A DNA stretch of 64,000 nt from Bdellovibrionales bacterium (GTDB taxonomy: Bacteria > Bdellovibrionota > Bdellovibrionia > Bdellovibrionales > UBA1609): positions 416,001 to 480,000 of the forward strand of contig CBDHDF010000002.1 of NCBI GenBank assembly GCA_965261545.1, given 5' to 3'. Position numbers and translations under genes: made by a program. Positions 52,194 through 61,600 of the stretch are shown one piece after another (the first letter of the stretch is position 1; every line of letters begins with the position of its first letter). The notes beneath the pieces were generated by a model. It was not told the DNA's origin. It ran no database searches and worked only from the letters and a program-made list of their open reading frames with translations.

Positions 52194-55100
52194 TATAGTG
52201 GACCCCAAAAACAGACTGGTTGCTAAGTTACACCGCAGCGGGTAAAAAGCCCCTCATAGGAGGGGATAATGAGAAAGAAACACAGCGCACAATTTAAGGC
52301 CAGAGTCGCACTTGACGCCATTCGTGAGACTGACACAATGGCAGAGTTGGCCTCCAAGCATGGAGTTCACCGCATCCAAATCCAAGATTGGAAGAAGCAA
52401 GCTACCTGAAATCCCTAAAAGTTGTAACTAGGTTTAATGTATTGCGTTAACTTTCCTCTCTTCCTATGGAATTGGCTGCTGTCAACGGTTTGAGAGGTTT
52501 AATAGTATTAATATATTTAATATGATTCATAAGAATTTGCTGCGAAAGGTCCTCTTCGTCCCCATTGGATAGATGAGGCATAGTGGTAGCCACAGCCACC
52601 GTCACATTTGAAACAGATAAAAAACATCATTTTGTCTTGGGAAGCCCATCTATTTGGAAGGCTGAAAAAATATCCTTTTGTTTTTTAGACAGCTCTCCAA
52701 GCATCAGATCACCTGTAGCTAATTCATAAAATTTTAATCGGTCCATCATTTTGTAAATTTCTATTTTAGACATTTTTTTATATAACTTCTTATCTTTCAT
52801 AACAGTATCAATATGTGAAATTAAAATTAAAGAGAGAAAATTAATAAAGATGCTTCCCCTCATATTCATGAGAGAATGAACTCGACTTCTCCTTCCATTA
52901 ATATCATGCTTGAATGAGAAAAATACTTTCTCAATGATATCTTTGTTTCGATATAAACTCAATATATTTGTTTTCTTTAAATCATGACTATTTGTAATTA
53001 ATATCATAATACCCAGCGTAGAAGATTCTTCATTAATATTTTCTTCATTTAAAGAAATCTTAAATGGAGTGCAATCAGAGATATTGAGAAACCTTTTTTT
53101 ATTTCCTAAAGTTTCTTTCATATAGGAACTAGCTTGTTCTTCTGATTTCAAATCTTTCTCAAGAAAGAGTTTCATAAAATCAAGCAACTCTTTCATTAAC
53201 ACAGATTCCTCATAAACCCTTCTTTCTTTGTCTAAGAAAATATGAGCCGTACAATCAAATCCTCCGATTTTTATTGATTCTTTGCAATGCGAATAAATTT
53301 CCTCATTAAAAGTAAAAGATCATGATGGAGATTTTATTTTCTCATTTAAAGCCACAGCAAGCTCTCTTGAGAGTTTTGTTCTAAAACTCATGGGTATCAA
53401 ATACTTCAATTCCTTACGATGCAGTCCCTTAATATTTTCTACACTAGAAAAACCCTTATCCATAACTAAACAATCTAAATCTAATTTATAACTTGTTATG
53501 ATCTCAATAATATTCGATAAAGTTTTGACATCCGGTATACTTCCAGGATAGATTCTGTACGCTATAGGCGTATGAGTTTTATTGTCTTCAGATTTCCTAC
53601 TTATCAGACCTAAGTTTATTTGTTCGAGATTCTCTCCATCTCTGTTGTAACCTTTCTCTAAAAATTCATTATTCATAGAGTAGGAAGAAAAGGATGTGAT
53701 GTCAAACATTACCGTACCAGAACCCTTCACTTGATTTATCCATTCGCTAAAGAAAGATTCTATCTTTTTTTGATCTCTCCCAAGATCACATAAGAGATTG
53801 CTTATTTTTTGTGACGACATAAAATTTTTCTTTGAAACATAAGCTTCTTGACACCACATATCGTAAAGATAAAAGGGCTCTCTTTTGATTATTTTAAAAA
53901 AAGCTAAATGCAAATAATGTTCGTAATTATCTGGATAAATTTTAGACAATGTTTTTAGAAGATTTAGTTGTTCGCATATTTTCTCTAAGAAAAATAAGGC
54001 TCCCACATTATAGGAGCCTATGGGAATCTTTTTTCTTTTGGTCTTAATTTGACCTGTAAACTCATCCTTTCTTCCAAGGTAGATGCGTTTTTGCCTGGCC
54101 TGCTTTTTTTCCTTGTCCCAAAAGCTTTCAACTTTATAGACATAGGTTTTTCCCTTATTTTTTTGCTCAAAAGTGTATGACATCGTTAATATTGTAACTA
54201 TGCTTTTGAAGAGATGACAATCTCTTAATCAAAGTGAAGGCCTTCTCAGACAATAATCAGGACTTAAGTCCTACACCTAGTTACAACTTTTAGGGATTTC
54301 AGGAAGCTATTGAAGCCATTCCTAAGGCCTTAGCGAGCAAAAAAAAGGACAACAACGAGGTAGAAGAACAAAGAAAAACCATTGATGAATTGTATCGGCA
54401 AATAGGGCAGTTAAAGGTTGAAAATGATTGGTTAAAAAAAATCTGAGAGCTTCAATGCCTGAGAAAAAAGCCGCTATCAATTGGAAACATCCAAATATTT
54501 GTGTCACTCGCCAATGTGAGTTGCTAGGACTCTCTAAGGGAGCCTTGTACTACAAGCCCATACCTGAGAGTGCCTACATAAAACTGATGAGTTTAATTGA
54601 CAAACAGTACTTGGAGACCCCTTTTTATGGGAGCCGTAAAATGGCAGCTCACTTAAGACTTAATGGCCATGGGGTCAACCGCAAGAGGATTCAGCGGCTC
54701 ATGGAAAAGATGTGTCTTTTCGCTATCTTCCCAGGTCCAAACACCAGTCAGCGAAACCATCAGCATAAGGTTTATCCCTACCTACTTAAGGGGCTTAATA
54801 TCTGCTCCCCCAACCAAGTGTGGGCTACTGATATTACTTTTATAAGGTTGTCTGGTGGCTTTGCTTACTTGGTAGCTGTGATAGATTGGTTTAGCCGATT
54901 TGTTCTGTCTTGGAGACTTTCTAATAGCCTTGAGACAACTTTTTGTTTAGAAGTCTTTGAGGAAGCCATAGAAACATTTGGTTGCCCTGATATCGTCAAT
55001 ACTGATCAAGGGTGCCAATTCACTTCTGAGGTTTTCACAAAATTATTGAAAAATCATGGAATCTCGATCAGTATGGACGGCAAAGGCAGGTGTTTAGACA

Positions 55101-55373
55101 ACATCATGATCGAGCGGCTTTGGCGGTCTGTTAAGTACGAAGAGGTTTACTTGAAAGGCTATCAAGACAAATCAATGGTTCAAGCCAACAAAGGTTTTAA
55201 AACGTATTTTAATTTTTATAATAATAAAAGGCCACACCAGTCTCTTCAGGATTGCACCCCTTATCAGGTGCATATGGGAGAGGTGGATTTAACACATTAA
55301 CACGGGGCTTCTTTGTGCGCTGTGGTGTAGCTTAAAAATCAAGTTTTTCAGTCTGACATTGGGGTCCACCTCA
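52194..55373 (+). mobile_element. IS3-family element, copy 3; orfA interrupted by IS1634
   Basis: Same ends as copy 1; orfB runs to 55300. Confidence 0.92.
52405..54303 (-). mobile_element. IS1634-family element, copy 2; transposase has a TGC>TGA nonsense change near 53320
   Basis: Same 28-bp inverted repeats; duplication AAGCTA. Confidence 0.92.
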
Positions 55374-55638
55374 AGCCTTTGGTCCTGAAACCTAGTCATA
55401 ACTGAAGGGGATTTCAGGTTCTTACGATCTGTGAACTCTTTTTGTTGCAACTTGTGATGCTTTAAAAATCTAACACAAGTTTTTCAAAGAAAAATTTCAA
55501 ATTTTAATGTGGAATGAGGAGAATGGCCTAGGTTAAATGTTTTTGCTTGACGTTGTATGGAGGATTGTTGAATGCTTGTGATTGGTTCGTTGAGAGCTAA
55601 CCAAATACCCATCAGGTACCCATTAGGAGTGAAAAACT

Positions 55639-58600
55639 GTGCAAAATTTAGATTTTAATTCATATCTCCATTCCACTCAATCCGTGTTCAAGAGTTTCAC
55701 AAGTTGTTTACGAGCCTTCTTTCAGTTGTTGAAGGGACCTTTCAAAGAAAGGAAAGTCGTAGCACTTTGTGTCATCGTGTTGAGTTCGGTTTTATTTATG
55801 ACGGCATGTTCTTCTTGGTTCAAAGCATGGGAGAATCGTATTAGCCGCAACAGCAGTAGCCAGCTTGGTGCCAAGGATTTTGAATCCAAAAATATTCCTG
55901 GGGGCATCGAAGATCCAAATATTAAAGGGAACACTGGCAAGGTGGGGATGAGTTTAATGCTCGGTCAACTGGGTGATGGAAGCGGTCCCGGATTTTCCCT
56001 AAAGGCGACTTATTCGAGCAATGTCCAAAATTCAGTAAAGATCTGGAATCGTGACTATCAAACGCCAAATCTCGGATTGGGTTGGGAGCTTCCCGAGGGG
56101 AGAATTATTCGACATACCAATGATACGGGGAATGAGGATGACGATCATTTTTATTTAACGCTTCCCAGTGGTGGAGGTGTGATTGAGCTCATTTATGACA
56201 GTGTGGATTCAGCTGATCCTAATATAATTCATTATCGACCAAAGGGTTCCTATGCGCCGAGCATGCTGGCCAGGCTTTATAAATTTAATGATGTGCCCAA
56301 TAAGAAATACAGTACATGGATCATCACCATGGGGACGGGCCAGCGCTACTTTTATGGCGGGAATATTGGCATTGAGTCAGGTTCTCAAAAAAGCCCAGAG
56401 TACACTGAGATTTGCGATCACATCACAAACAATGTGGAAGGAAATAAGTTGCCTCCAGCTGTGGCTGACTGCATGAGTGGTTCCGTGGAGTTGGGGATTC
56501 GTTGGGGGAACTGGATCGGTCCAAGTTACGAGGACACCTCGCAGGAGCAATTTGAGGTGGGCTGGTGGGTCTCTGCCATACAAGATACCTTGGGCCGCCA
56601 AACGATCTTTTCCTATATTCAAGATATACAAAATGTAGGGGACAGCACATCCGCCAAGAGCTTTACCCAGCAGACCTATCTCTATCGCATTCAACAGCCC
56701 AGTGGAGAAAAATTAGTTCTACGCTATTGCCCCCGAGCTGAAGGAACTGATGTCAGTAAAACGAAAGGCCAAGATCAAGGGATCAAAAAGGTGAGTCGTA
56801 TTGGGAAGAAAGGTGATGGAGATAAGGGCCACCAGAGCACGAAAGGCCAAGACAACCCCGGTAAGGAGATCCAAAAGCTTAGCCGTAGTGGAGCAGGCGA
56901 CAGCACCATTTGTATAGTACCCGGAAAAATATACCAGGAGTTTGTTGACCCTTGGCAAATTAACGCAGAACCCGATGGCTACCAAGAGCGCTACAGTAGT
57001 CTCTATGTGGGTGCTGTGGACCATCAATCAGATTCTTCTATAACAGATTTAAGTCAGCCCACGCTGCGTACCTTACTTCAAAGTGATTTTTTAACCACCG
57101 ATGGAACGGCTGAGCTGGCCAAGCGTATCCTTGTGGGAGTTGTGAGGCAGACCTACGACTCAGATTTACATCAAGTTGTCGATGTTGCGCCGCCCACCAA
57201 CTATGTCTACTGGGGGCAGAGTTCAACGGATGGTGTGTCTGTTCAAGTGGATGATTCATCAAATATCTTTAACGAGCAGACGCAGGGCCTCTACGGGAGC
57301 ATAAAATTAGTGACATCCCCCAGTGGAGCGACGAAAAAATATCGGTACAAGCAGATGGAACTGGATATTACCCGCCAATTGATGGTCAATGATTTTGTGA
57401 ACTACGATCAAAAGTGGCCTTTATTTGGAGGCAACCATGTGGTCATTGCGGGAACAAGCAATGATGCAACCTTGATTAAGGTTTATAATTGGACTCTACA
57501 GGGTTGGAAGGGGTTTACCGTGTATCAAGGGGGGCCCCCCGGCCCTGCGGGCTATAACCCCTTTCGTTACATCGCCTTGCAAGACAATTATATCGCTTTT
57601 CTCCATTCCGATTTAGGCACTGTCTCTGTGGCTCATTATAATTATGCCTCGCAATCTTGGGAAGATGCCATCACATTGGGGTCATTTTCTCCCTATTCTG
57701 GCAATTCGATAGAAGGAGGAGAGGACTTTCTTGGTATTGTTAGTATTGATTCCCGCGGCCCTATATCTGGTCAGCAAAATGTAGTGAAGTATAATTTATT
57801 TGAAACACCCGACCAAGGCCAAACCTGGTCTCAGGTCCTTTCAGGAAATGTCGTAGATACTTCGACTCCAATATATTCTTCTTTCTGGAGAACATCTGGA
57901 ATCGGTGTGGGTCGCAATTATGTCACTGTTGGTGCTACCCAAGCTGATCATGACACTAGAGAGGGGCCTTATACTCAACCCAATTACGACTTAGACTTGG
58001 TGCTTTTGTATAGAAGTTTGGAGGGAAAGTGGCATAATTCGGGAGTACAAACATTTAAAGTCCCGAACCTTACGGGAAGGGTCTCTGGTAAATCATGGAT
58101 AACACCACCATCAGATGAACCGCAGCCATGGGCTTCTCCTTCAGCGGGTTTGTCAGGTGGCTTCATTAAGTCAGATCCAAGGGTGCAATTTTTAGATTTT
58201 TCTCCATCTAGCTCTATATTAGGTGTTGGAATTAATAATCTCACCTCTCAATGGGGTCGCTTAGATAAACAGGCTAATTTTAGTCAATCTGCTTTTCTTA
58301 TGTCTCCCTTTGCTGTCGACCCCGTTGCAAAGCAACTAACTTATTTGAATAATATAAGTTATTATCAAAACCCCAGCGCCTATCCAGGGTTTGTGGAGTA
58401 TTCTGGCAAGGAGAATATTCTGGCGTATTTTTCATCAGGGAGGAGGCAAACGTCAGCGTATGGTATGAATGTTAGTGCAGGAACAAGTTTCAATGCCAAT
58501 TCTATGGCTACAGCAATGGTTGGCTTTACTCCACAGGCTTTTCAAATGAGATACGCTAGCGGTGATCCGATGGGAGAAAAAATATCAATGTTGGTTGCCA

Positions 58601-61600
58601 ACTGCTCCTTTGCTTTATTTGATGGCAAGTCCTACAATTCCACACAAATTTTTGAAGCCAATCCAGACCAGGACTCGTCTGGTCTGACTCTTAGAGGGTA
58701 CCCACCACTTTTAGTTGGTCAACCACCAATTTATCTAACACCATCTATAAAAAATGAAGCTTTTGGCATAGATTCTTCATCACCTAGTGATCTAACTCCA
58801 AAGGCTCCCTGTGGGCAACCAATGACCCAGGTTCTTCCTGGAGGGGTGATTGCTTACAGTGATGCTGCAGGGGTTAGCCAATATGTGATTGGGGATCCTA
58901 AGACCAAGAGTTATCGTATCATTGATGTCAGCGGTGTGAATCGAGTACCAACTCGTCCCTCTGTCCTCAATACTTTAGCGAAAGTTCGTCAAGAAAAGCT
59001 GAAAGCAGAGAGAACTCAAAAGATACTTCAGGGAGTGGGCATGGGGGTGGCCGTCATTGGAGCGCTCTTCGCTTTGGCCGACCCAGTGTCTTTCGTCATG
59101 TTTCTAGCTTTTACTGGAGTCTCTGTGGGATTGGAGATTGGTGAAAAGGAGGCTGCGGCCCATTATACGCACGCTATAAATCGTATCTTAAGCAAGCTTG
59201 CTGGAGCAGCCCCCGGTCAAAGGAATGCCAATGGAACGTATATTCAAGACGGCGACGTTTTACTTTTTCAACAACCCAATGGCTCTTTGAATCTCGTAGA
59301 GTCAGAAATCGATACAAATAATCTCTACAACGTCAACTTTAGTGCGAATCGAGGTTTTGTTGTTTATACCACTCTAGGTTCCAGTGGACCTTCGAGCATT
59401 GGGAGTACAAAGGTGGCCGTTTTGCGAAATGGCATTCTTTATAAAAACCCAGAAAACTTGAGTGAGGAATTGAAAGTTTCTACTCTTATCCATCAAGGGC
59501 AATTTAATGATAGTTTTTATTCCTTATCCAGTGCTGCCAACTTTGTCACCTATAATGGAAGCAAAAATGGATCTTGGAGTTGTCCCACCTTGGCCTTCGG
59601 TGTGTATCATGGTGGTGAGGGGGAAGGCGATGGTGCTTGCTTTACAGATTCTGACGGGGCCTTTTTTATTCACCACTTTTTGGGGGAGAAATCCACTGGA
59701 AATATCACAGATTTTGTGGTGGATACAGTCACCGTGGATGATGGAGTCCAGTCTTATTCCACGATTTATGAATACGCCAATGGCAACTACGATGACACAT
59801 CCACCACGGGAATTTACGAGACAGTTTCCATATATCCAGGTCAAACAACGGCGACGGGGGGAAAAACTTACAAAGAGTTTATCAATGGTCGAAATTCAAG
59901 TGATCTTACAGTTTCTGTATGCAACTACCAGTTGGAAGATCAACAGCAAGGAGGCAAACAAGCGGGAGCAAAAGCACCATCACCTGAAAATTGCTCGGAT
60001 CAGCCTGTGAATTCATTTTTTAATGTGCTCCGTGGTTACCTCTACAGTACAAAAACAATAGCAGCAGATTCTACGGTTGTTGACGAGCGCATCACAGATT
60101 TTCGTATTCTCAAAATTTTAGACAGCAATGGAAAATTCCAGTCCTACAAACCCCTTCCCATCTCTAAAACTCACTCTCGTGATGGTGTTTCTCAAACGAT
60201 TCAATTTGGCTACGATCCATATTTTCAAAAAAATAAAACAACATTTAGTACAAAAAATTATTTGGGCAATTCATCCATGATTGATGAGCAAGTCATAACC
60301 ACAAAGCGTTTTGCTTACGAAGATTATCCCGAGATGTTAACGCAAAATATCTTTCATCCTCTATCAGAAAAAAAAATGATTCGGCAATATGGTACAGTGG
60401 CTCAACCCAAGACTTCTCGAAGCACTAAAATAACCTACAAAAATTGGCAAAGTGCTAAAGAAGGCCGAGCGTGGTTATCTGAGTCCGTACAAGTGCTAAG
60501 TCAGTTTCCAGAAGATTCCCAGGGCACCTTTGTGACAATGAGCACATTGGAGCGTGATACTTCGAGTGGTCACGCCACCAAGTCAACAAATTCGGATGGT
60601 ATGGTGGCAACCCAAAAGCTATCCGTGGATGGCCGCCATATTCCCTACGCCAATTATGTGAATGGAGACTTTTACGCAGGACAGGCCGATTATTACGGGT
60701 TCGAATTTTTTGAGCCCCCCTTGGCAAATAGTTCTTGGAAAGTTTCAGGAGGAGATTTATCCCAAAACATAGCTTATACGGGGAGTGTCTCCTATGGAAG
60801 TGATACAGCCCAAGTGACTCTCACACCTAGTCAGTTTACTCCGAAGCAGGGAACTTATTCTGTGGTTTCCGCATGGGTTTTTCCTAAGAATGACAAGTCC
60901 TGTACGATTCAATTGGGAAGTGGAAAGAGCACAAGCTCATCTGAGGCCCGTTGGCAATATATTGAAGTCACCAGTAACAGCAACACAGCTCCGACGATCT
61001 CTTGTTATGGTTATGTGGATGATATGAGATTTGGCCCTGTCGATGGTGTTTTCTCGGCCCATGTCTATGATCGATCCATGAAAATTCTTGCAAAACATGG
61101 CAATAATGGTGAGGCCGCCCATAATGTCTATGACTTTCGTCAGCTCAAGGTGGCAACATATCGCACTACGGATCATAGCACGGGCGAGATCAGTCTACAA
61201 ATTGATTTGGCAGGGTACTCCCGGTGGAGTGGAAGCAATAGCAACGAAATTTCAGATAATTTTGCATCCTTACCATTTGATCTGAGTTTGCCAAATTCGC
61301 TGTCATCCATTCGAGTGCTAAGTCCATCTGGAAATCAATTCATTTCCTTGGAAAGTTCAGGGGAAACCCTCCCCGTCATAAATGTCGGGCCCTCTTTTGT
61401 GATCCATGCCGAATTTGTATCATCGGATTCTCCCCTAGAGATGACCATTGGAGGAACGAAGCTTCAACTTAGATACGATTCAGTAACACGTATCTTCTAT
61501 TTGAATCAATTTACTTCCAAGGCGTTGACTGCAGATGCTGCAGTTCCCGGGCTTATTACATTATTTGTGAATAAAAACATGGGACTTTTGTTCGGGGACG

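Noticed and set aside
55384..55418. 35-bp CCTGAAA...TTTCAGG mini-element resembling IS1634 ends
   Set aside because: Too short and degenerate, with no clear target duplication; probably a relic end
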